From Okamejei kenojei (Eukaryota), in the NCBI GenBank assembly GCA_035221665.1, contig CM069145.1, positions 26,784,001 to 26,848,000 on the forward strand: a DNA stretch of 64,000 nt. Direction: 5' to 3'. This document shows positions 25,415-36,035 of the stretch, piece after piece (positions within the stretch are counted from its first letter, which is position 1; each line of letters begins with the position of its first letter). Under the pieces are notes generated by a model, which made no database searches, was not told the DNA's origin, and saw only the letters and a program-made list of their open reading frames with translations. The position numbers and the translations under genes are program-made.

Positions 25415-25770
25415 GTAGACGTTTGAGGCACAGCAGGGAACCGGGCCCTTTGGCCCACCGAGTCCGTGCTGACCAGTGATTATCCCTCAAGTATTGAAAT
25501 ATAATGTATTTTAAGGGCTACAATAGAAACTCCAGAGTTGATTACCCCTTGCACTAGCACTATACTATACAATGGGGACAATTTTACAATTTTACAAAGC
25601 CAATTAACCTGCAAACCTGTACATCTTTGGCATGTGGGAAGAAACTCGAGCACCCCCAGAAAACCCAGTCATAGGAGAACGCACAAATTTTGTACGGACA
25701 GCACCCATAGTCAAGATCGAACCTGGATCTCTGGTGTTGTGACAGCAACTCTAGCACTTTGCCACTGTGT
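25415..25770 (-). mobile_element. V-SINE (HE1-like) with a 51-bp internal insertion
   Basis: Colinear with 8467-8749. B box GGTTCGATCT on the minus strand. Confidence 0.85.
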
Positions 25771-26859
25771 ATCCTCCAGGAAGAGCAACTTGGCACACTT
25801 TTTTGGACTTCACTCGATTACTGATGTACAGCAATGAGCTTGACTCTTAATTGGCCTTTGAAATTACTTATACAGGGTTTATAAAAATGTGAAGTAACTA
25901 TTCTGCTCGCAATCTGAATAAATAACGAAAAGGCTAAGTTGGATGCAAAATAACAAAACACCAAGAGGGTCAAATGATTGGGGAGAAAGGAGAGTTTTTC
26001 TTCCTGCGCGTTGGCAAATGTAGCAATAAAAGACAGCTGCTTTAAAATTGTGAAAAATTTGCACCATTTTCATATATGTGAGTGTGCAGAGCGATGGGTG
26101 AAGGAGAAAATTCCTTTTCATAATATTGGATGGCTTTTGGGATGGAGATGGTGAGCTCCAGCACAGTGCTTCCAAGATATAACAATCTGATTAAAGTTCA
26201 TGAAGTTTTCTATGAAGGCCATTTAAATGAGGGGTAGATTCTGAAGGCTCTTTCTGGAGCTACTTGCTGCCTCAACTGAAAATGAATATTTGGGATTATA
26301 ACAGGGCAAAATTATTTGATGATTAGCTGATATTTAGCCTGTCTGGAGAGTTTTGGAGCTCATTTGAGGACTGGATCCTGGGTATAAAATATAATTGCTG
26401 CCTCTCGATGTTTGGTGGGTGGAAGGAGCATTAAGCAGCCTGTCGTGTAAGGTTAGGAATATCTGACTTAATGAGTTGCATGACGTGATGCTCAAAACCC
26501 ACCCCCAGGGCTAGTTTCATTGAAATTGTGCTCATATATAATAGATAAATGAGCTATTGTAGATGTTTCTTATATTTAGAATCTATGAACTTTTAAAATT
26601 ATTTTGATTGGCAAACTTTTCATTTAGATTATGGCTATTTAAAGAGCATTGACAACATATGTAGCTATCTAATGTCATTTTGTCTCTCATCCTTCACATC
26701 TGCTTCACTGATGCCTGTTACAAGGGGAAGGAAGCATTCTGTTGAATATACTGTGTATTGTCACGTTGAGGTAGAAGCAACGCGGGCCCATTGTTTGATG
26801 AAGTCATCTTACTAACTATTCACTGGATTCACAAAGGTTGCAAGTCTATTTATTTAAAG

Positions 26860-28430
26860 TAAACTTTATTCAGGAGAGCTAATGTTTAAGGTTGATGGCT
26901 TTTGTATCATGCTGGGCAAAGTTTAAAAAATGAAGCACATTTTAAATCCTGGAGAGGGGGAGGATGGAGATGAAGAAAGGGAGTTAATGCAAGGGTGGAG
27001 ATTGGGAGTGGGTGAATGACATGTGGTTGTGGTCCGAGTGAGACTGGCGAATGTTTGTTAGATGCAGCTGAGCTGTCTGGAGATGTACATAGAAGGAGAT
27101 GAATGAGAGTGGAAGGAGGGGGCAGAATAAATAATGCAGGAATTTTGGGATATAAAATACAACGTGCTGGAAATAAAAATGAAAACATAGCTGGATATAT
27201 TCAGTACATCAGGCAGCAACTTCAGCGAGAGAAAACAATTAATATTACAGATTGGGTATCTTTGCATAGATTGCATAGATTCTTGATAAGCAAAGAGAAG
27301 AAGGTCACCACAGGATGACATTTAAAGCTTAGGTTGCCCTCAGGTTTGCCATGCCATTAAATAATATTATGTCTAATCTAAGGACTACTGCCCATCAGTC
27401 GTATGCTTTTTTGTAACTATGGAGTTGCAGAAAGTATGATCTCTTCAGATTATTCAATGGGGAGGGAAGCATGTTCCTAGGGGTGGCATGATATTGAAGG
27501 TGGTGGAATTTACAGAGCATGCTTGGCTGAATGTAAAGGGTGGTGGGTTTAAGGAATTTCTGTTGTGTTTTGGAGGAAAAGGGGTGCGAGCAAATTGCCA
27601 GGAGATGGAAGGCATTCAATTAAGAGCATTGTCTAACATGGTGGGGGAGAGGGAGAAGAAACAAGGAAGATATCTAGTGTGAAAGGATATATTATATACA
27701 TAAGGGAATTGAAGAAACAGAAATGAAGTGGAGTCCTTGCAGGAAGTGGATAGGAGGACGTGATAGCATGATAGTTGTGGGAGGTCCATGGGCTTTTGGT
27801 AGATATTGGTTGCAAAACGTCTCCTGAGAAGGCGATAGAAGCCATGAAAGCAAAGGCAGAGGCTAGAAAGAATCATTTCCCAGAGAGAGTAACTTAGCGA
27901 CTTAGATGGTGGTGCAGTCCAGATGGTGGATAGTTAAAGAGTTGAAAATCAGTACGCCAAGATTAAGTTAAGTCCAACAGGCAGCTTGACACTGGCTTGT
28001 CAGCAGGCTTAATGATAATGTTGAGGTTGGTTCTTGGTGGGCAGGGCAGAGAGAGGATAAGGGGGTAGGTAAGGCAGACATAGTAAGGGGAGTTAATAGG
28101 TTAGAGTGGTCAATATCATACATTTAAGTGTATCTGAAGAGGCCAGAAGAATAGAACCAGGTAGATCAGGAATTCTGAACTTGGGAAAAGGTCCACAGTT
28201 TGGGATGCGTACTCCTGAATCCAGGCAATGGGAAGGAATGGAATGGCAGGTGATATGTTTGGGTTGGAATTTACTGAGAGGGATGCAATGAATGAAGTGG
28301 AGGCTTCTATTGAGGCTGAGGACTGGTAGCAAGCAAGTAAAAGATCAGAAAGGATAATGAAACCATGTAAAAGGGAAGGCTAGTGAGAAAACCTGGCCCA
28401 GAGGAAGGTGAAAGTAGAGAAAGAAAAACA
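26860..28430 (-). mobile_element. Decayed Penelope-like element
   Basis: Minus-strand ORF fragments TNIYQKPMD...SCKDST and FHHLQYHATPRNMLPSP resemble PLE RT C-terminal motifs (IY.KPTD...HP.SCK; F.HLQ.DPTT..IFPSP). Decayed pLTR-like sequences at ~26870-26910 and ~27165-27250. Confidence 0.65.
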
Positions 28431-29522
28431 GTAGTTGAATTGTATCACAAATAAAATCCATTCCTGTAGGAGACAATATCTACCAATAAACACTTAAAGG
28501 TGACTAAACCTACAATTTTCAAGTCTCTTCAGTTAACATGAAACTATGTAATCTGTTTCTTCAAATCCCTTATGTATAGAATATACCCTTTCACACTAGA
28601 TATCTTCCTTGCTGCTTCCCCCTCTGCCTCACCATGGTAGACAGTGCTCTTAATTGAATGCCTCCCATCTCCTGGCAATTTGCTCGCACCCCTTTTCCTC
28701 CAAAACACAACAGAAATGGGATTCCCCTTGTACACAACGCCCTTTACATTCATAGAAACATAGAAAATAGGTGCAGGAGGAGGCCATTCGGCCCTTCGAG
28801 CCAGCACCGCCATTCTTTGTGATCATGGCTGATCGTCCGCTATCAATAACCCATGCCTGCCTTCTCCCCATATCCCTTGACTCCACTAGCCCCTAGAGCT
28901 CTATCCAACTCTCTCTTAAATCCATCCAGTGATTTGGCCTCCACTGCCCTCTGTGGCAGGGAATTCCATAAATTCACAACTCTCTGGGTAAAAAAGTTTT
29001 TTTTCACCTGTTTTAAATGACCTCCCCTTTATTCTAAGACTGTGGCCGCTGGTTCTGGACTCACCCAACATTGGGAACATTTTTCCTGCATCTAGCTTGT
29101 CCAGTTCTTTTATAATTTTATATGTTTCTATAAGATCCTTCTAAACTCCAGTGAATACAAGAGTTTTCCTCATATGACAGTCCCGCCATCCCAGGGATCA
29201 ATGTCGTGAACCTACGCTGCACTGCCTCAATCACAAGGATGTCCTTCCTCAAATTAGGAGACCAAAACTGTACACAATACTCCAGATGTGGTCTCACCAG
29301 AGCCCTATACAACTGCAGAAGAACCTCTTTACTCCTGTACTGAAATCCTCTTGTTATGAATTCAGCCAAGCATCCTCTGTAAATTCCACCACCTTCAATA
29401 TCATGCCACCCCATAGGAACATGCTCCCCTCCTCATTGAATATTCGGAAGGGATCATACTCTCTGCAACTCCTTAGTTACAAAAAAGCATACGACTGAGG
29501 GGCTGTAGTCCTTAGATTAGAC
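27371..29522. repeat. ~350-bp inverted repeat: arm A 27371-27721; arm B 28552-28752 plus 29360-29522
   Basis: Reverse-complement matches, e.g. GTCTAATCTAAGGACTAC / GTAGTCCTTAGATTAGAC and GGGGTGCGAGCAAATTGCCAGGAGATGG / CCATCTCCTGGCAATTTGCTCGCACCCC. Confidence 0.92.
28753..29359 (-). mobile_element. Young 5'-truncated CR1/HER1 LINE with ATTCA target-site duplication
   Basis: ORF fragment LLQLYRALVRPHLEYCVQFWSP...VQRRFT and (TAGAAACA)n tail. ATTCA at 28748-28752 and 29360-29364 is single-copy in the uninterrupted arm A. Confidence 0.93.
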
Positions 29523-29853
29523 TGTTAGAAGGCTTCTACATCAGAGCACCAACATTGAACTTCAAATCTCTGGTTGAAATCTTTGATGGATGCTTGTGTA
29601 CAGAAAAATGGACTCGCGGTTCAGTATTTTCAAGTGAAAGCTATTTTATTTAATTTGTGTATAAAGATGAGGTAGAATTTAAATGAGTGCATACTTGTTT
29701 TTGGATGGTTTTCTATTTTAATAATTTATTTGCCACCATGCTGCAATTGTTTGAAATCTGCTCAAAAGTACAAATACACCAAAACTTTGCATCAGATCCC
29801 CTCACCTGCTCCCCGCTCCCCCAATGGAAAAACAAAATGTTGTAAATTAGCTC

Positions 29854-29895
29854 CATTGTCTTGATTATAACTGCATTGTCTTGATTATAACTGCA
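29854..29895. repeat. Perfect 20-bp tandem duplication
   Basis: CATTGTCTTGATTATAACTG twice. Confidence 0.9.
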
Positions 29896-30706
29896 GTTTG
29901 AAAAAAATAGGATGATTGCTGCAGGTGATGTCACAGTATGGAAATATTTTCACTAGTCAATATTTCTTGAAATGGAGAGCATGCACATTTTGGAAAATGC
30001 TTATGATTCCTAGATATAACAATGACAAGTAATCATCCCACAGATCTACATAAGACCAACAAAAATAAGCTTTAGAATTCTGTTTACCCAGCATAAATTA
30101 CTTTAGGAGTGGGATTAAAGATTTCATTGGTAACACTCAAGTCCTGAAGGAGCATTGTTATATTGCGCTTCTTAAGCATTTCTGGTATAGTGACAGAAAA
30201 TTATTAATAATGCATTGAACTGTGAGTTGCTTTGTACTGATTTCTTACATTATTTTATCTCTTGCCACTAATGTGGGGGAGGATACCCAAGCATTCCTGT
30301 AATTTTTCTCAAGCAATTCTTTATCTATAATTTTAGCATGTGTGTTGGATATATATTGCGTGAGGTTATATAAAATCCGTGTACAAATTCAAATTAGTAG
30401 AAAGAAGGGTGTGTATTTACATAGTGCCTTTCACAACACCACCAAGCACAATTAGCTAAACATCTGGAAGTTCAATGTCAACTTTATTTTCACTATTGTA
30501 TCAGGAATACCAGAGAATGGAATTTTAGTTACTGGGAGTTGTGGCAAGGTCTGGCTGTTTATAAACCTGATCAAGATGTGAAATTGAGTCGTGCCCCCCT
30601 TTTTTTTCCCTTGAACTGATGTAACAAGCTATCCTGAAATTCCAATAGCCTTTCAGATTTTATAATTTCTTCTGACTTTCACATTTACACTTATGTTTTG
30701 GAGTTA

Positions 30707-31000
30707 TGTGCCTGTTCCACTTACGCAACTTTTTCAGCGACTGCCGGCATCCGTCGTAGGGCGTTGCAGGTCACCGAACATTTTCAACATGGTGAAAATC
30801 CAGAAAGACGCTACGTTTCAACATGTTGGTAACCAGAAAGAAGCTACGACTCTTTGGGCAACTGAGGAGACTACTCATGACCATACAGGAGACACCAGGG
30901 CGACGTGTCGCGTAGTGAAGCCTGTATGGTCGTGAGTAGTCGCCCAAAGAGTCGTACCTTGTTCTGGTCGCCGCTGGATTTTTTTTGAAAAACAGGCCCA
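30707..31000. mobile_element. PIF/Harbinger-type MITE, internally deleted
   Basis: TTA|TGTGCCTGTTCCACTTA...ACAGGCCCA|TTA, with a TTA TSD. Interior shares CGCCCAAAGAGTCGTA and GCTGGATTTT with 12914-13405. Confidence 0.75.
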
Positions 31001-31005
31001 TTAAA

Positions 31006-31813
31006 CTTTACTTTGGAGAGATACAGTTTTGAAACAGGCCCTTCGGCCTACCGAGTCCACGCCGACCAGCAATAACCCCATACACTAACACGATCCTACA
31101 CACTAGGGACAAATTTTTCAACTTACCAAAGCCAATTAACCTACAAACCTGTACACTTTAGAATGTGGGAGGAAACATGTGCACCCAGAGAAACCCCATG
31201 CAGTCACACCGAGAATGTACAAGCTCTGTACAAACAGCACCGTATCTGAGGAAGAATATGCTGGCCCTGGAGAGGGTCCAGAGGAGGTTTACAAGAATGT
31301 TCCCAGGAATGAATAGGTTAACCTACGATAATCATTTTTCGGCACTGCTGGAGTTGAGAAGAGTGAGGGGGACGTAATTGAAAAATACAGAATAGTGAAA
31401 GGCTTGGATAGAGTGGATGTGGAAAGGATGTTTCCACTAGTGGGTGAGTCTAGGACAAGCGGTAATTGCCTCAGAATTAAAGGACATTCTTTGAGGAAGG
31501 AGATAAGGAGAGATTTCTTTAGTCAGAAGGTAGTGAATCTCTGGAATTCTTTGCCACGATAGGCTGTGGATGCCAAGTCGGTGGATATTTTTAAGGCAGA
31601 GATAGATAGATTCTTGATTAGTACAGGTGTCGGAAGTGATGGGGAGAAGGTAGGAGAATGGGGTTAGGAGGTAGAGATAGATCAGTCATGATTGAATGAA
31701 TGGTGGAGTAGATGATGGCCTAATTCTACTATTCCTAATGACCTGTAGTCAAGATCAAACCCACTTCTCTGGTGCTGTAAGGCAGCAACTCTCCCGCTGC
31801 GCCACAGTTGGGC
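31006..31813 (-). mobile_element. V-SINE (HE1-like) split into 31006-31244 and 31745-31813 by a CR1 insertion
   Basis: Joining the halves restores CAGCACC-GTAGTCAAGATCAAACCC as in the copy at 8467-8749. Confidence 0.85.
31245..31744 (+). mobile_element. CR1 LINE 3' fragment nested in the SINE
   Basis: ORF fragment YLRKNMLALERVQRRFTRMFPGM, later GTGAATCTCTGGAATTCTTTGCCA (VNLWNSLP), and a CR1 3' UTR. Confidence 0.9.
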
Positions 31814-32584
31814 GCACAAATTCGTAATCTATCAATTAATATCAATATTGCCTTATGGCTTTTCTCTTTGTGGGTAATCTCTACAAAAGGCACTCCATTC
31901 AAGATTTTCTACATGAGGTATGATGCTCCTGATTGCGCTACTGTAGGTTATTCTAGATTACGAACTTCACAAAGTTGCTGCAATAAATATAATGGCCTGA
32001 ATCATTGGATGGGATAATCGTTCTCGTGTTGAATGTATTTGGTTTCACCTTGCCATAGTACTTCTACACCGATACTTCAGTTGATACCATTTAAGTTCTC
32101 TTGAGTAGGGTATTACCTAAAGTTGAATTAATCTTGTAAGTTTGCCCTTCAGATAGGATCAGAACATGCCTGTGCAAATATTAATTGCAAATTTTATATT
32201 CTCATTGCAGTGTTATAATAATTAGTGCTTGGTCTACCGTTAAGATGGGTTTTTAAGGAATTTTTACCATGCTGACATTTACCATTGTTGACATTTCACT
32301 GGGATAATATATAACATCCCCATGCTGGGGTCTGACCAATAAATGGAGCTGAATTTCATGGTAACACAGGGCTACCTTGTATTCTTTAGATTGGTCACGG
32401 TTCCAATTGAAATTTTACCTGTACCGATTCATTTCAGTACATGAGAATATTTTACAAACATGCAAGCAGTACAAATGGCATGGCAAGGATCTTGGCATAG
32501 TTAGAAATTATTTACACCATGTGACACACATGCCTACTGAATTTTGTGATTCTTGCCATTCTTGCTCATCCATATTAATCCCCC

Positions 32585-32705
32585 TCTGAAGAACGGTCTT
32601 GACCCTAAACATCACCCATTCCTTCTATCCAGAGATGCTGCCTGTCCCACTGAGTAACTCCAGCATTTTGTTTCTATCTTCAATGTAAACCGCAGTTCCT
32701 TTGTA
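32585..32705 (+). mobile_element. Penelope-related short repeat copy
   Basis: CTGAAGAACGGTCTTGACCCTAAACATCACCCATTCCTTCTATCCAGAGATGCTGCCTGTCCC... Confidence 0.8.
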
Positions 32706-34387
32706 TACATTAATTTTAACTTGGCTTTCCAGTTCCATTCTGATTCTTGGTGTACTTTTGCTGTTAACCCCACTCACACCCCCATTCCAAGCCAACTGGT
32801 AGCCTCATTGCGAGCCTCTGAAATGATTACTGTTGTAAAGTCAGAATATTTGGTTCATTTGACTGGTTAAGATCAGCCTCATAAATGGGTTAGGCAGTAC
32901 AAGGGCGTCTTTGTCTAAACCTAGTTCATTTGAGTGCAGTGACCTTTCTTACAAAATAAGCGATATGCATCAGACGTGAATATAAAGTGGAGAACGGCAG
33001 AATTATTCTATGTTTTCCACTCGGTGTTGTACATGAATCACTCGCTCATTAAGCATTGCACAGATTATACACAAAGCAAATCTCCCTTTGTATAGTCCTC
33101 TCATAATTTTGGCCTCTACTGCAGAAAAGTGCTTCCATCATTCACTGGATATCTTTGCTTCCTATCCATGTGCCCCCTTCAACTGGTCATCAATTTGTGT
33201 TAGGTTAAAAGCAGTGATTTATGAGGAAAAGTCTCATTAAACAATGGGTTTGGCATACTGGAAGCCAGGATATGAACAAACTATTTTACTTGGAAGGATT
33301 AAAGATGGAGGATACATTTATCTCATTATCAGCTTGAACTATATGCCCAACCGCTCCCCAAAGAGCCCCAGGCTAATTCAGACTATTCTTGTACCAATTT
33401 ACCCACCTTTTTGCATTGGTTAGTGAGAAGAGGTGGAGATCAGGTTCAATTTTTCACTGCAGGAATAAGAACAGTGGTAGCTTCTGTATGTAAAATATTC
33501 ATAAATTATTAGTGCTAATCAAATCCATAACCTTCAGATAATTGGACACTGGATAGTCAAAGTCCAAGCATATGAGGAGATCATAATAGCCTTACAAATA
33601 ATGTTGCAACTTGCTTTGTACAGTGGGAATCGGTAGCAAATGCAAGCAATATGGTAAGTAAGAAATTTGTGTCTGTTAACCTGCAATAGAATATAAATGT
33701 TTACTCGAAGGCCACTGAAAGGATATATTGAGAAGACATCTATTGCAACTTCATTCTTTGTCTTGATCCAAAATTTCTTTATCCTGAGAAGCCACAAACT
33801 GCAGATGCTGAAAATCAGAAAATGCCTTAAAAGAAAGTCAGCAAGCCAGCCAGCATCTGTGGTGAGTGAAATGCAGTCTATGTTTGAGGTTGATGGCTTT
33901 TGAATAAAAGATCATTGGCTTGAAGATGAATGTTGCTTCTCTTTTCTTTGGTGTTATCTCACATGAATATTTCCAGCATTGTCCATTGTCATTTATTAGC
34001 ACACCCAGGATTTTAACACTTGGGTACAGATCTTTACTTAGCCTTTGCACCAGGCCGACTCTAGCTGATTGGATGTCTATTCTAGCTGGGCAAGACTAGG
34101 CTAAAATAATAGCCATGGAAGCTTCCACGCTAAGAAACATGTACATGAGATTTTAATTGGAATGAGATTAATTGGATTATATTTTGCAAAAACCCAATAT
34201 AGACTGGACAAGCCAAATGGCTTCCTTCTGTATAATAGCCATCCTTCCATGATGGAAAGCATTTCATTTCCTGTGGTCAATATCATTACTGCTTCATTTT
34301 TATTGGTAAGTGAGGGAAACCTAACTCTAAGCCACCCACATTGTCATACTCTGGTTGGACTTAGAAACGGACCAATGCCATTCTCAG

Positions 34388-34480
34388 GTAGACAAAAAAT
34401 GCCAAAGTAACTCAATGGGACAGGCAGCATCTCTGGAGAGAAGGAATGGGTGACGTTTCGGGTCGAGACCCTTCTTCAGA
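34388..34480 (-). mobile_element. Penelope-related short repeat copy with intact hammerhead core motif
   Basis: Minus strand reads CTGAAGA-A-GGGTC-TC-GACCC-GAAA-CGTC-ACCC. Confidence 0.8.
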
Positions 34481-34484
34481 TTGA

Positions 34485-35903
34485 GCTTCCCTTGCCGTGT
34501 GCCAATGACATCAATCTGAGAGTTCTCCAACCAGAATTCATGGATTGACCACGAGACCCACTCCATAGTGAAGACCAGGTCTGGGGTGTTCAGGTCCGAT
34601 GATTCCAACCTGTATAGAAAATCTAGGGATAGCCTTCATAAGGCCACAAGGATTGCCAAGAGACAATTGCAGACCAACCACACACACCCGTCAATTGTGG
34701 CAAAGTTCACATGCCATAATCACAAAGCGAAGTCGGGCAGAATCGCTGGCAACAACACATCCCTCCCCCATGAGCTCAATGCATGTTATGCACATTTTAA
34801 ACAGAAGGTCAGTGGAATGATGACATTCACCCTGACAGTCTCTGGTGCATCTATACCCATGGTCACTGTTGCAGATGTCAGATTGGCCTTCCTGGGAGCA
34901 AACCATGGAAAGTGACCCGCCTGGCCGTGTTGTCGGATCCGGCAAAGACCAGCTTGCAGTAGTATTTGTGAACATCATTAACCTCTTCCTATTGCAACCT
35001 GGGGTTCCCAGCTGCTTTATCATCCTGGTCTTAAAGAAAAACAAGGTGGCCTGTCTTAAAATCATCATACGGTAGCTCTGACATCAACCATCATGAAGTG
35101 CTTTGAGACGATGGTCATAGAACACATGGTGCTTCAGCCTTTTAGACAACCTTGATGCACTGCAGTTTATCTTGTCACAACTGACCATGGCAAAGCCATC
35201 TCTGGTCCTATGCTCATTTCTTGAATATCTGGATAACAAGGGCACTTAAGTCAGACTTCTATTTATTGATTATTGCAATTGACTATAGTCAGTGATGATG
35301 AAGTTGACATGATGGTGAGCTTCAAGTTCCTTGGTGTAAATATTACAAACAATTTCTTCTTGTCCAACCACATTGAAACTATGGCCAAGAACACGCATCA
35401 ATGCCTTTACTTCCTCAGACAACACGTCTGTAATGACTCCTTTAAATTTCTACAGATGAACCCTAGAGAGCATCTTATGCAGATGCATCACAGCTTGGTA
35501 TGGCAATTGCTCTGCCCAAGACAGCAAGGAACTGCAGAGAGTTGTGAGAGAGAGAAAGCCAACCCAACCAAAAAGCATTCGCACCACACTCATTCTCCAT
35601 TCTCTCCTTTATCGTTGGGTCGAAGATACAGAAGGTTGAAAGCATGCACTGCCAGATTCAAGAACAGCTTCTTCCCCGCTGTTGAATAGGTATCTCATTT
35701 GCTAAGGGTGAATTTCTGATATTCCAATTTACCTTGCTGTGGCCATTGCATTAAAGAAAAAAATTGCACTTTCTCTATAGCAATGCACTCGGTTTATTTT
35801 CTCATTTGCACCACCTGTTGGACTCGTATATGGTTTGAATTGCATGAATAGTGCACAAAACAGTTTTTGACCACGTGTAACTAATAATGAACCAAACCAA
35901 ACC
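34485..35903 (+). mobile_element. Decayed Rex1/Babar LINE
   Basis: ORF fragments LPHELNACYAHF; LAVVFVNIINLFL..GVPSCF..LKKNKVACL; SFKFLGVNITNN...HQCLYFLR; GRRYRRLKACTARFKNSFFP. Ends in an (AAACC)n tail. Confidence 0.85.
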
Positions 35904-36035
35904 GTCTAATCTGATTGGTTATATCTGATCTCCTTATTTCTCCACATTTATTCCTGTCTGTTAAACCTTGGTTCAAAAGATCTCCCAATCTTGGAATAGA
36001 AAATTTCATCTGGCTCTGAACCCACATCCCTTCTA

